Shown: positions 6,670-16,506 of the stretch, in pieces
How the letters are laid out: the number at the start of each line of letters is the position of its first letter
Numbering within the stretch: position 1 is the first letter of the stretch
Assembly (NCBI GenBank): GCA_045632025.1
Contig: JAZQVW010000078.1
Location: 1 to 39,736, forward strand
Reading direction: 5' to 3'
DNA length: 39,736 nt
Source of the DNA: Candidatus Avispirillum sp.
GTDB lineage: Bacteria; Bacillota; Clostridia; Oscillospirales; CAG-272
Program-made: the position numbers and the translations under genes
The notes under the pieces: model-generated
The model's database searches: none
Told to the model about the DNA's origin: nothing
The model's input: the letters and a program-made list of their open reading frames with translations, nothing else

Positions 6670-6914
6670 TTTAAAAATCCTCCGTCATAATATGTTTCGC
6701 GTATGTTTCGCGGTTTTTTACCGCATTTCATACAAATACATACTAATAATATACTCTTTCTTTCAATTTTGCAAGATGTTTTTAAAAACTTTTTTAAAAA
6801 ATTTTATATTTTTGCAAAAAATCATATTTTTTAGGGGTTTTGGGCGCTTTTTTGTAAATTTATACACCCGCCTAAAACGCATTCTTTAGGCGGGTGTATA
6901 GTCTTTTTTTGTCT

Positions 6915-7913
6915 TTAATCTATTATAAGCTGGTTATCAATAACAACTCCCGTGCTTGAAAGCTCAGAAAGGTCTATGGTTGCCTTATTATCGTTATTAA
7001 ACAGCTCGTCTTCAAGGACCTTTGCGGCTATCTTAAGCTTCGCTTCGGCATCGCTATATTTCTCAAGCTTGAGAATATACTTACCGTCGCAGGTCATTTT
7101 TACGTCGTTTGGATTCTGAACGTCAACCGAACCAAGTCGGTTTACAAGGGCGGATTCGGATGCCGCAAGAGCAACCTCAAACACGTATTTACATTCGCCC
7201 TCCTTAAACACCACAAGCTCGCCTGCCACTGCTCTTCCCACCTCGGGAAGCTTCAGCTTGATGAGGCTTGCCGCCTCCTCCTCGGTTATCCCGCCAAGGA
7301 CTCTAAGGTCCTTTGTCAGCGCTCTTGTTTCTCCGTAGAAGTCGGCATAGTAATATGCCTCCTCCTCAACGATCTTAAGGATTATCTTTCCGGGAGGTGT
7401 TCTTTTCACCTTGATATCCTTTACGTTGGGGCAATACATCATAATATCCTCTTCGGCTATTCTTGAGCTGAAGGAATAAAGCTTGTCCCCCACGTTTATA
7501 TCTGCGGATGCTAAGATTTGCTCCGTCGTATATCTTTCGTTGCCCTCGACGGTTATACTGCGGACAACGAAGAAAAGATTATAAACACAAAATACTGCGA
7601 GAATGAAGGTTGCGCATCCGAGGATGGCGGAAACAATAATATCCTTTTTGGAATATTTTCTTCCCTTCTGCTCCGCCTTGGCCTTGGCCTCGGCCTCCTT
7701 TACCTGCGCTCTTTTTTCTTCGTAGTTTTTCGGACGGGACTTTTTGCTTGTCTCGTCAAAGGAGAAATCCTCCTCTATCTCATCAACAGCGGTTGTGCCC
7801 GTTGCGCCTGCCGCCGTTTTATTTGCATTATCTAATTTTACCGCATCGCGGCTCTCTTTCGTTTCAAGGAGCCGCCTCATTTTTTCGGCATAATATTCGT
7901 TATTATCGCTCAT
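6915..7913 (-). CDS. ftsQ: FtsQ/DivIB-type cell division protein (POTRA) with charged N-terminal extension
   Basis: Sits between murG and ftsZ. Single TM (IIVSAILGCATFILAVFCVYNLFF) followed by a POTRA-like VRSITVEGNERYT. SD aaaggagg. Confidence 0.75.
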   Translation of the reverse strand: MSDNNEYYAEKMRRLLETKESRDAVKLDNANKTAAGATGTTAVDEIEEDFSFDETSKKSRPKNYEEKRAQVKEAEAKAKAEQKGRKYSKKDIIVSAILGCATFILAVFCVYNLFFVVRSITVEGNERYTTEQILASADINVGDKLYSFSSRIAEEDIMMYCPNVKDIKVKRTPPGKIILKIVEEEAYYYADFYGETRALTKDLRVLGGITEEEAASLIKLKLPEVGRAVAGELVVFKEGECKYVFEVALAASESALVNRLGSVDVQNPNDVKMTCDGKYILKLEKYSDAEAKLKIAAKVLEDELFNNDNKATIDLSELSSTGVVIDNQLIID

Positions 7914-7939
7914 CGGCAGCCTCCTTTCTTATACGGCAA

Positions 7940-9049
7940 TTATTTCTCAATAAGCTTAAGAATATCGTTATAGATGACCTTATTTGCATCTTCCTTTGCA
8001 AATCTTTTGATCTTCTTTTCCATTTCCGCTCTCTTATCGGGATTATCAATAAGCTCAGAAACGATCTCGCAGAGGCGCTCGGGCATACCCTCGCCCTCGC
8101 GAAGCACGTACGCCGCGTGCTCAACGGAAAGAACAGATGCATTCTTGAACTGCTGATCGTCTGTTACGTTAGGAGAAGGAATAAACACTGCGCACTTGCC
8201 TGCCATTGCCAGCTCAGACACTGTCATTGCGCCTGCGCGGCAAATAACGATATCAGCGGCCGCAAGGCGAATGGGCATATCGTAGATATACTCAACAAGC
8301 TCAACGTTATTTACCTTATCAAAGCCCATTTCAATAGCCTTTGCAAAGCAGATATCCTTTTCGATCGCACCTGTTGCGTGAGTGTGCTTGATGCCGCTCT
8401 TGGCACCTGTTACGTTTTTCATAACCTCAAGGATGGCCTCGTTTACCTTCTCTGCTCCAAGGCTTCCGCCATAGGAAAGAACGTAAATAGCGTCCTGAGG
8501 GATTCCAAGCTGCTCTCTTGCCTCCGCCTTTGTGATATGCTCGGGAGGTGTAAGAAGGGGGCATCCGCAAAGAAGGAGCTTATCCTTCTGGGCAATGCCT
8601 GCGCCTGCAGCTTCGAAATTGAGATATATTCTGTTTACAGCGCCCTGGAGCATACGAACTGCCATTCCGGGAACTGCATTGGATTCGTGAAGGGCTGTGG
8701 GAATATCCATTGAAGCCGCCGCCTTGACAACGGGCCAGGAAACGTAGCCTCCTGTTCCGATAACGATATCGGGATTGAATTTTTTGATTATCTTCTTAGC
8801 CTTAAAGGGAGACGTGAGCGCAAGGTAAGCCGCCTTGATATTCTTCAGAGTCAGCTTACGGGAAAGGCCCATAACGTTTACGTGATAGAGCTCATAGCCT
8901 GCTTTTGCAACAAGCTTATTCTCTATTCCTCTGCTTGTGCCAACGAAGGCGATCTCAGAGGAAGGATCGTTTTCCTTGATAGTGTTTGCAATTGCAAGCG
9001 CAGGATTAACGTGACCTGCCGTGCCGCCGCCTGTCATTAATACTCTCAT
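7940..9049 (-). CDS. murG: UDP-N-acetylglucosamine--N-acetylmuramyl-(pentapeptide) pyrophosphoryl-undecaprenol GlcNAc transferase MurG
   Basis: N-terminal MRVLMTGGGTAGHVNPALA, plus GGYVSWP and GGSLGA motifs, in dcw context. Confidence 0.95.
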   Translation of the reverse strand: MRVLMTGGGTAGHVNPALAIANTIKENDPSSEIAFVGTSRGIENKLVAKAGYELYHVNVMGLSRKLTLKNIKAAYLALTSPFKAKKIIKKFNPDIVIGTGGYVSWPVVKAAASMDIPTALHESNAVPGMAVRMLQGAVNRIYLNFEAAGAGIAQKDKLLLCGCPLLTPPEHITKAEAREQLGIPQDAIYVLSYGGSLGAEKVNEAILEVMKNVTGAKSGIKHTHATGAIEKDICFAKAIEMGFDKVNNVELVEYIYDMPIRLAAADIVICRAGAMTVSELAMAGKCAVFIPSPNVTDDQQFKNASVLSVEHAAYVLREGEGMPERLCEIVSELIDNPDKRAEMEKKIKRFAKEDANKVIYNDILKLIEK

Positions 9050-9061
9050 ATGAACCTCCCG

Positions 9062-10351
9062 TTATTTCTTTTGATATGAATGTCTTGATATTGAAAGAAG
9101 CAATCCCATTTCCGCCAGAAGCACGATAAGCGCTGTGCCACCATAGGAAAAGAAGGGCAATGAAATACCTGTGTTGGGGATAAGGTCTGTTACAACCATC
9201 ATATTAAGGAACGCCTGGATACCAACCTGGCAGGTGATACCGAAGGCAACAAGGGATGAATACGTGTCGGGTGCTTTCTTTGCGATAACGAAGCCACGCC
9301 AGATAAACGCCGCATAGAGAAGCACGACTATAATGGCTCCCACAAATCCCATTTCCTCGCACCAGATAGTGAAGATAAAGTCGTTCTGAGGCTCAGAAAC
9401 GTAGTTGTACTTGAGACGGCTATCTCCAAGTCCGACGCCGAGAAGGCCGCCGCTGCCTATAGCATAAAGGCCCTGAGTTGTCTGCCAAGCCTCACCAAGC
9501 ACGTCTGCATTTTCATCGGCGTGAGTGAGGATTCGCTGAAGAGCATAGGGGTTAAGAGCAAGGAATGCTCCGATGGCCGCCGCGCCGCAGGCTCCGTAGA
9601 TGGAAACTGCCCATCCGATATGTACGCCTCCGAGGAATATTACACAAACTGAGATAAGCGCGATGATGATAGTTCCTGAAAGGTGTCTTTCAAGAAGAAC
9701 AAGTCCGCAGATGATAGCCATTATTATGCCGGGATGAACAACGCCGTCCATTATAATGGATCTTCTGTCTATCTTCTTCTGTATCCTATCGTAAAACTTA
9801 TCAAAATACCAGGCCAGCATCATTATTACGCCGACCTTTCCCGCCTCAGAGGGCTGGAAGGTGAATGAGCCTATCTGGATCCATCGCTTTGCAACACCCT
9901 CGCTGGTTCCGATTACGAGAACCACGAGAAGAAGGAATATTGCAACCACATATACTGCGGGAGTGAGCTTTTTATAGATATGGAGGGGTATAAAGGAAAA
10001 CAGAAGCATTACGAGGCCGCCGCCTCCAATGAATATAAGCTGTCTCTTAAGATAATGGGCGCTATCGCCTCTCTCAAGAAGAGCGCTGGGGAAACTGGCT
10101 GAGAAAACCATTATGGTTCCAAGAAGGAGGATTATTGCGATTATTGCAAGCATGGGACGGTCTACGCCGTGTCTCACTCGCTCAATCTTTTTATCCTCGC
10201 GCTTCCATTCCTCCTCGCGCTTTTTACGCATCAGGGCGCGTCCGCTGAGCTGAACAACTGCCCCTGCATTGTTTTTCGGTCTCACGGCTTGAGGCTTCTC
10301 TCTGACCGGCGCGCCTGGCTTTCTGTTTATATTATATTTTTGATCGTTCAT
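9062..10351 (-). CDS. ftsW: FtsW/SpoVE-family peptidoglycan glycosyltransferase (SEDS)
   Basis: Polytopic membrane protein with PSE..K, FIFTIWCEEMGFVG and LPFFSYGGTAL motifs. The ATG at 10351 with SD aaggaga is preferred over the GTG at 10357. Confidence 0.9.
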   Translation of the reverse strand: MNDQKYNINRKPGAPVREKPQAVRPKNNAGAVVQLSGRALMRKKREEEWKREDKKIERVRHGVDRPMLAIIAIILLLGTIMVFSASFPSALLERGDSAHYLKRQLIFIGGGGLVMLLFSFIPLHIYKKLTPAVYVVAIFLLLVVLVIGTSEGVAKRWIQIGSFTFQPSEAGKVGVIMMLAWYFDKFYDRIQKKIDRRSIIMDGVVHPGIIMAIICGLVLLERHLSGTIIIALISVCVIFLGGVHIGWAVSIYGACGAAAIGAFLALNPYALQRILTHADENADVLGEAWQTTQGLYAIGSGGLLGVGLGDSRLKYNYVSEPQNDFIFTIWCEEMGFVGAIIVVLLYAAFIWRGFVIAKKAPDTYSSLVAFGITCQVGIQAFLNMMVVTDLIPNTGISLPFFSYGGTALIVLLAEMGLLLSISRHSYQKK

Positions 10352-10378
10352 TTTCACCGGTCTCCTTTGCCGAAATTT

Positions 10379-11383
10379 TTATCTTACCAATCCAAACCAA
10401 GCAAGAACGCAGAACAGAAGAGTTACGAGAGAGAACACTGCAACTATCTTGATTTCTGTCCAGCCGCACTTTTCAAAATGGTGATGAATGGGGGCCATCT
10501 TGAAGAGGCGCTTGCCGTGTGTAAGCTTGAAATATCCCACCTGAAGCATAACTGATGCTGTTTCAATGATATACATAATACCGCAAACAACAACGATAAG
10601 GGGATTGCCCAAAAGGAATGCTCCGCCAACTACCAGACCGCCGAAGAAGAGGGAGCCTGTATCGCCCATAAAAACTCTTGCGGGATAGAAGTTATAAACA
10701 AGGAATCCGAGAGCGCTTCCTGCCATGATCGCGCCAACAACGCTGAGGGCTGCATTTTCGCCTGTTGCTGCAAGGAACGCCGCAACGGAATAGAAAACCG
10801 CAACAACTGCTGTGATGGAGCTTGCAAGGCCGTCGATGCCGTCTGTCAGGTTAACTGCATTTACAACACCTGTGAGAAGGAGCATTGCGATTATATAATA
10901 GAAAATACCAAAGTTGATCGTTACGTTAACGAAGGGGATGTAAAGCTCTGTTGTTACTCCACAGAAGAAGCACATTGCAAGCAGATAGAGGCCTGCAACG
11001 AGAACCTGCAAAATAAACTTCTGAGCCGCTGTGAGACCCTCGTTCTGTCGTCTCTTAAGCTTTGCCATATCGTCTACGATGCCGATGCATCCGTTAAGTA
11101 TTGCCATAATAAGAGTGAACATAAGAGGAAGAGCCGCATCCATGCCGCGCATCACCCATATAACTGCAGTTGCGATCGCTCCGCAAACTGCAGAGGCAAT
11201 GATAAATGCAAGGCCGCCCATTGTGGGTGTTCCCTCTTTGGACTTATGCCAGCGGGGACCTATATCAAGGATCTTCTGCCCCATCTTGCGGCTTGCAAGG
11301 ACGGGAATAAGCTTTTTTGAAATGCCTACCGTCAAAAGAAACGTCAAAACAAGAACTGCTGCAAAAATAATTTTAAGTGTCAT
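10379..11383 (-). CDS. mraY: Phospho-N-acetylmuramoyl-pentapeptide transferase MraY
   Basis: K.GTPTMGG, NAVNLTDGIDGLA, DTGSL and APIHHHFE motifs. Confidence 0.95.
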   Translation of the reverse strand: MTLKIIFAAVLVLTFLLTVGISKKLIPVLASRKMGQKILDIGPRWHKSKEGTPTMGGLAFIIASAVCGAIATAVIWVMRGMDAALPLMFTLIMAILNGCIGIVDDMAKLKRRQNEGLTAAQKFILQVLVAGLYLLAMCFFCGVTTELYIPFVNVTINFGIFYYIIAMLLLTGVVNAVNLTDGIDGLASSITAVVAVFYSVAAFLAATGENAALSVVGAIMAGSALGFLVYNFYPARVFMGDTGSLFFGGLVVGGAFLLGNPLIVVVCGIMYIIETASVMLQVGYFKLTHGKRLFKMAPIHHHFEKCGWTEIKIVAVFSLVTLLFCVLAWFGLVR

Positions 11384-11444
11384 TTTTCCTTACCGTTCCT
11401 AACTTTATTTATTGGTTATATAATACCACATTCCGCTTGTTCGG

Positions 11445-12890
11445 TCAACAATTACGGCTTCTGCCAAGGGCTGACAAAACTACATCCCTCTCGCTGAAGG
11501 GATGCCTGCCCGCGGCGTCCTGTTCATATTCCTCGTGTCCCTTTCCGCAAAGCAGAATGAACTCATTCTTTTTCGCCGTTGCCACTGCATATTCAATGGC
11601 ACTGCGCCTGTCTACTATTACTCTGATGTTTTTACTTCCGCCGACACCTGACAGAATATCGCGGATGATATCCTCCCTTTTTTCGCTTCTGGGATTGTCG
11701 CTGGTTATGACCACCTTATGGGCTCTTTCTGCCGCAATGCGTCCCATAGGGGCGCGCTTGGTCTTATCCCTGTCGCCTCCGCATCCGAAAAGCACCGTTA
11801 CGGGATTCTCTCCCGCAATGCTTCTGATGCAATCTATTGCGCCTGCAAGGGCATCGGGGGTGTGGGCATAATCAACGTACATATGGATGCCGTACGCCTC
11901 GGCCTCCTCGATCCTTTCCATCCTGCCGCTGACATACGGCACGGCGGATATTCCCTTTCCTATAGCATTTGGAGATATTCCAAGAAGATAAGCGGCCTTG
12001 GCGGCAAGCATCGTATTCTCAACCGTGAAAAAACCGGGGGATGCGGATGATATCTGAATAGCCAAATCTCCAAGGGTCAGCTCATAGGAAATGCCGCTCT
12101 CGCTCATACGAAGCCATTTGGCTTCCTCGTTTTCCGCTGTGCAGCATCGTTTTATTTCCGATGCCAGTCGGCGTCCATAGGATGAATTGCATCCGATAAC
12201 TGCCCTTTTACAGCATTTTATAAAGGATGCCTTGGTTTTGTAATATTCCTCCATTCCCGAATGGAAATCAAGATGCTCGGGGGATAAATTTGTGAAAACT
12301 CCCAGCTCAAATCTTACGGGGGCTACCCTGCACCGCGCGATGGCATGGCTGGACACCTCCATCACAACAGCCTCTGCACCTCTTTGTCTGAGTCTGTACA
12401 ACAGCCCATACAGCATCTCGGGATCGGGAGTTGTCATTGAGCACCCCTCTCCGAACACCGCAGCCTCACCCTCAAAGGAGCAACCGAGAGTTCCGATGGA
12501 TGCGGTTTTTATTCCGCCCTCATTCATAGCTGAGGACAGATATGCCACGGTTGAGGTCTTACCGTTCGTTCCCGTGACCGCGACCATAAGCATTTTTCTT
12601 GTTGGATTACCGTAAAAATTATCCCAAATAACAGAGTCTGCCAGCCTTGTGCTTTTTACAACGATACAGGGTATGCCGCATATATACCGCTCGCTGACCA
12701 CCGCAACCGCGCCGCGACGTATGGCATCCTCCGCAAACTGATGGCCATCGTATCTCGTGCCTCTTATGCATATGAAGAGACCGCCGAAGCCGATAGTCCG
12801 CGAATCTGACGAAATACCCTTGACGTGACAGCGAAGGTCCACCCCGAACGTATTGTATTTAAGTCCTGACAAAAGCTCTGCTAACTGCAT
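11445..12890 (-). CDS. murE: UDP-N-acetylmuramoyl-L-alanyl-D-glutamate--2,6-diaminopimelate ligase MurE
   Basis: VTGTNGKTST P-loop and DYAHTPDAL, with a DNPR motif (meso-DAP type). Lies downstream of the PBP gene. Confidence 0.9.
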   Translation of the reverse strand: MQLAELLSGLKYNTFGVDLRCHVKGISSDSRTIGFGGLFICIRGTRYDGHQFAEDAIRRGAVAVVSERYICGIPCIVVKSTRLADSVIWDNFYGNPTRKMLMVAVTGTNGKTSTVAYLSSAMNEGGIKTASIGTLGCSFEGEAAVFGEGCSMTTPDPEMLYGLLYRLRQRGAEAVVMEVSSHAIARCRVAPVRFELGVFTNLSPEHLDFHSGMEEYYKTKASFIKCCKRAVIGCNSSYGRRLASEIKRCCTAENEEAKWLRMSESGISYELTLGDLAIQISSASPGFFTVENTMLAAKAAYLLGISPNAIGKGISAVPYVSGRMERIEEAEAYGIHMYVDYAHTPDALAGAIDCIRSIAGENPVTVLFGCGGDRDKTKRAPMGRIAAERAHKVVITSDNPRSEKREDIIRDILSGVGGSKNIRVIVDRRSAIEYAVATAKKNEFILLCGKGHEEYEQDAAGRHPFSERDVVLSALGRSRNC

Positions 12891-12938
12891 ATATTCCTCC
12901 GGAAGCTAAAATTTATTTTCTTTTAACTTCCGAAGCTA

Positions 12939-15428
12939 TTAACCGTCTGTTATATCTGTGTGAACAATAGAAATTTCAACAACCGTACCGCGTGCAACCT
13001 TTGTTCCCGCCTCAATGGACTGAGAAATAACTGTTGCGCTGTCGCTGTCCTTTGCGCCTCTGATGCGAACGTTGAGGCCTGCGTTAACGAGGATCCTCAT
13101 AGCCGCCTCGCCTGTTTTGCCCTCTACGTCGGGAACTGTTACTGTTGCCTTAGCATTTTCCTCACCTGTGTATAGGATCACTCGGCCGTGCTGCTTTGTT
13201 ACTGTGCTGCCCTCTGCGGGAACTTGGCTGATAACTGTGTCGCCCTCGCCTACAACCTCACAAATAAGGCCTCTTGACTCAATATCGTCTCTTGCGCCCA
13301 TAACGGAATAGCCTGTGTAGTTGCGAACGTTGATATCAACTGTTGCAAGCTCTTCCTCTGTGTACTGAGGCTCGTAATCAAGATAAGGGAGAACGTTTGA
13401 TAAAAACTTTGAAACGTAGGGAGCGGCAACTCGGCTACCGTATACGACGCCGCCCATAGGCTCGTCGACCATAATAAGGATAGCGATCTCGGGGTCGTCG
13501 TAGGGAGCGTATGCCACAGTTGAAGAAACTCTGAGTGTTTCGTCTTTAATATCTCTCTTCTCGGAGGTACCTGTCTTTGCGGCGATCTTATAGCCCTTAA
13601 CGTATGCGTTCTTAGCACCGCCGTCGCCGGAAACACCGTCCTCAAGGATCTCAGAGATGGTCTTGCAGACCTCCTCACTTACTACCTGACGCTTAACGTC
13701 AGTTTCATATTCGCTGATGATATTTCCGTCGTCATCAACAACCTGACTGAGGAAGTGAGGTGTTACGTATTTACCTCCGTTTGCAACAGCCGCGATAGCC
13801 GCGATCTGCTGAATGGGTGTCGTTTTATATGTCTGACCGAAGGAATAAACCGCGAGAGAAACGTGACCGAAGTTGTTCCAGGAGCTGTAAAGGCCTGCCG
13901 CCTCGCCGGGGAGGTCAATGCCTGTAATGCTTGTGTAGCCGAATCTCTCGAAATAATTATAGAACTTCTCTTCACCAAGTCTGAATGCCGCCATCATAAG
14001 CGTAGGGTTACAGGACTGCTGAAGACCTCTTGCATAGGTTACTGTGCCGTGACCCTTATGGTCGTGACAGCTGATAGGGCTTGCATAGCCGTCTACCTTA
14101 AGAGCGCCCACACAGGTGAACATATCCGTGGGGCTGACTACGCCCTCCTCAAACACCATCGCCGTTGTAATGATCTTTGAGGTTGAGCCGGGCTCGTAAA
14201 GCTCTGTGATAGCCTTGTTCTTCCACATTGCATATATGAGCTCGTATTTCTTGTTTGTATATGCCTGAGTGATAAGATCACTCCGGTTATCCTTATAATA
14301 GCTGAGCGCCTTTGCCGCAAATTCGTCGCTTTCCTCGCTGAGATCCTTGTTTTCGCTCTTTACGGCATTTTCAGCAAGCTTCTTTGCGTCCTCTGTATGC
14401 TCCTCGCTTCCCTCGTACTTTTCAAGCTTTGCAAGGGAAAGCTCATCAAGCTCATAGGGCTGGTTACAGTCAAATCCCGGAGAGGTCGCCATTGCAAGAA
14501 TAGCGCCCGTTTTAACGTTCATAACGATACCTGTTGCACGGTTATTTGCGAGATTTTCCTTAACCGTAGCGTTAAGCTGATTTTCAAGCTCGTACTGGAT
14601 ATAAGTATCAATAGTTGTTACGATGTTATAGCCGTTTTCAGCCTCGATAAAGGTTTCGTATTCAAAGCCCATCTCGTGGTTGAGGGCGTCCTGAGCAGTT
14701 ACGTATCTGCCGCTTGTTCCCTCAAGCAGGTTGTTATAGTAAGCCTCAAGGCCATAGGTGCCGACGCCGTCGGAATTTGTGAGGCCGAGAACGTGGGATG
14801 CAAGCTCGTTATAGGGATAATATCTGATGCTTCCTGCACGGAGATAGATCATTCTTGTAAGGTCGTTTTCCTCAATAAACTCTCTTACCTTCTTTGCCGC
14901 ATCTTCGTCTATCTTGTTTTTGATTTCCTCGTATCTTCTGCCGTTTTTAGCAGTTTTCTCAAGGACGGTCTCATATTCAACGTCAAGCGTGTCGGAAAGG
15001 AAACGGGAGATGCCCTGAGCAATGGGCATTGCGGGATATTCGCCCTTATCCGTCTTAAAGGGCTTTGTCATTGTGGGGTCAACAAACTCCTCGCCGGATG
15101 CCGCCGCATCTGCCGCAAGCTCTGCCTTCTTGGCATTGGCCTCCTCAACGTAGTCTATAATATCCTGAGGTGAAATGAAGCAGAGATATACAGTTTTATT
15201 TGTTGCAAGAATATTTCCCGTGCTGTCGTAAATGGTGCCGCGCTCGGGATTAACCTCTGTTTCCATGGTTATCTCGTTTACAACAAGCTCTTTATAATAG
15301 TCGTAGTTCATTATCTGCAAATAAGCAAGCTTTGCAACTACAGCGCAAATAGCAAAGGCGAAGAATAACAGCAAAACGCCGCTTCTCGTCCATATCTGCC
15401 TGCTTACTCTCTTTCTTCTTTCAGCCAT
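12939..15428 (-). CDS. Class B penicillin-binding protein (FtsI/SpoVD type) with two C-terminal PASTA domains
   Basis: Has STSK (SxxK) and KTGT motifs, an N-terminal TM, and two PASTA-like repeats at the C-terminus. The ATG at 15428 (MAERRKR, SD aaagga) is preferred over the track start at 15539. Confidence 0.9.
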   Translation of the reverse strand: MAERRKRVSRQIWTRSGVLLLFFAFAICAVVAKLAYLQIMNYDYYKELVVNEITMETEVNPERGTIYDSTGNILATNKTVYLCFISPQDIIDYVEEANAKKAELAADAAASGEEFVDPTMTKPFKTDKGEYPAMPIAQGISRFLSDTLDVEYETVLEKTAKNGRRYEEIKNKIDEDAAKKVREFIEENDLTRMIYLRAGSIRYYPYNELASHVLGLTNSDGVGTYGLEAYYNNLLEGTSGRYVTAQDALNHEMGFEYETFIEAENGYNIVTTIDTYIQYELENQLNATVKENLANNRATGIVMNVKTGAILAMATSPGFDCNQPYELDELSLAKLEKYEGSEEHTEDAKKLAENAVKSENKDLSEESDEFAAKALSYYKDNRSDLITQAYTNKKYELIYAMWKNKAITELYEPGSTSKIITTAMVFEEGVVSPTDMFTCVGALKVDGYASPISCHDHKGHGTVTYARGLQQSCNPTLMMAAFRLGEEKFYNYFERFGYTSITGIDLPGEAAGLYSSWNNFGHVSLAVYSFGQTYKTTPIQQIAAIAAVANGGKYVTPHFLSQVVDDDGNIISEYETDVKRQVVSEEVCKTISEILEDGVSGDGGAKNAYVKGYKIAAKTGTSEKRDIKDETLRVSSTVAYAPYDDPEIAILIMVDEPMGGVVYGSRVAAPYVSKFLSNVLPYLDYEPQYTEEELATVDINVRNYTGYSVMGARDDIESRGLICEVVGEGDTVISQVPAEGSTVTKQHGRVILYTGEENAKATVTVPDVEGKTGEAAMRILVNAGLNVRIRGAKDSDSATVISQSIEAGTKVARGTVVEISIVHTDITDG

Positions 15429-15565
15429 TATAGGTGTTCCTTTCCGCACTTTTGCCCTTCTTTTATACATATATTCGCAAAAGCGCTTACATATGAGGGA
15501 CGTTTTTTCTGCTTTATAAATTCCAAACAAGGCGTGCACCTAATTGCACGCCTTGTAAAAGTCAT

Positions 15566-16465
15566 TTAGTTGATATATTCCATAATGTGGTCCCAGTTTG
15601 CTCCCATAACAGACATGAGAGATCCGAAAACACCGTATTCGCCGTCAGACTCCTCTGACGCATCTACAACCTCTACTCTTTCGCCGTCGGAGATGGAAAC
15701 GTACTTTGTTGCAACCTGATTGCTCTTAACCATACCGATACGGTTTGTTGCCTCGTCCTCGATAACGCGGATGTCGTTTTTCGCGTCGATGGCAACGTGG
15801 AGGTCGTCTATCTTTGTGAGAAGAGTTGTTCTCTCAGCCTCAAGCTGGGAGATCTCGCTCTTGAACTCGTTGATCTGCGCAATGCTGAAGAGCATAAGCA
15901 TAACGATGAGAGCTATAACGATAGCTGAAAGAACGAGGCCCTTTGAAATGGGGGTGCTCTTAACCTTCTTTTCGCCAATATCCTCACCGAATGCAAATTC
16001 CTTGATTCTTTCAATAAGGTTGATCTTTGCCTTTACCTTTGCCTTTGCCTTTGATGTTGTCTTTGTCGCCTTAACCTTGGGCATCTGGCGTGTTGCTGCG
16101 TTGAAATCAACAGCTGCGGCGCGAACGCCTGCCGCTCTTGCATACGCTGCAGCGAAGGTTGCGCGGTCAAATGTTGCTGTTTTTTCAAATGCCGAAGAAT
16201 TATAGACATTTGCATTTGTTGCTGTCTTAACAGTTGTCTTATAGGCAGCTGCAACAGTTCTTGTCTGTCCTGCGCGAACGAACTCGCCTGTTTCCTCAAA
16301 GGGATTGGCTGCAGCGGCGATCTTGGAGCTTGCAATCGTTTCAACTGCGCTCTTAACCGCCTTTGTACCCGCGCTGGCAGCACCTCTGCCTGCAAACTTC
16401 TTCTGGAGTCTGGTGCAGAGGGGATTTTCATTTATTGAGGTTGCATTCGCAATTAATTCCGCCAT
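15566..16465 (-). CDS. ftsL: FtsL-like septum-formation protein with ~170-aa Ala/Thr/Lys-rich N-terminal extension
   Basis: Sits between rsmH and the PBP gene. Single TM (LVLSAIVIALIVMLMLF) followed by a coiled coil (INEFKSEISQLEAERTTLLTKIDDL). Confidence 0.6.
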   Translation of the reverse strand: MAELIANATSINENPLCTRLQKKFAGRGAASAGTKAVKSAVETIASSKIAAAANPFEETGEFVRAGQTRTVAAAYKTTVKTATNANVYNSSAFEKTATFDRATFAAAYARAAGVRAAAVDFNAATRQMPKVKATKTTSKAKAKVKAKINLIERIKEFAFGEDIGEKKVKSTPISKGLVLSAIVIALIVMLMLFSIAQINEFKSEISQLEAERTTLLTKIDDLHVAIDAKNDIRVIEDEATNRIGMVKSNQVATKYVSISDGERVEVVDASEESDGEYGVFGSLMSVMGANWDHIMEYIN

Positions 16466-16506
16466 TGGTGGGTACCGCCTTTCATATATTTAAACGAACA
16501 TAATTA

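Noticed and set aside
5710-6690. 326-aa plus-strand ORF. Similar long antisense ORFs occur at 7748-8713, 14397-15173, 19881-21062, 26643-27710 and 30751-31500.
   Set aside because: All lie antisense to confidently identified genes (ftsZ, murG, the PBP gene, ileS, the LTA-synthase-like gene and the isomerase). Their translations are Cys-rich and low-complexity. They are treated as non-coding shadows.
6864-6897. Hairpin acacccgcctaaa/tttaggcgggtgt between ftsQ and ftsZ, as a terminator separating the two genes.
   Set aside because: The U-run follows the hairpin only on the plus strand, where no gene needs terminating. On the minus strand no U-run follows it. It is left as an unexplained stable hairpin.
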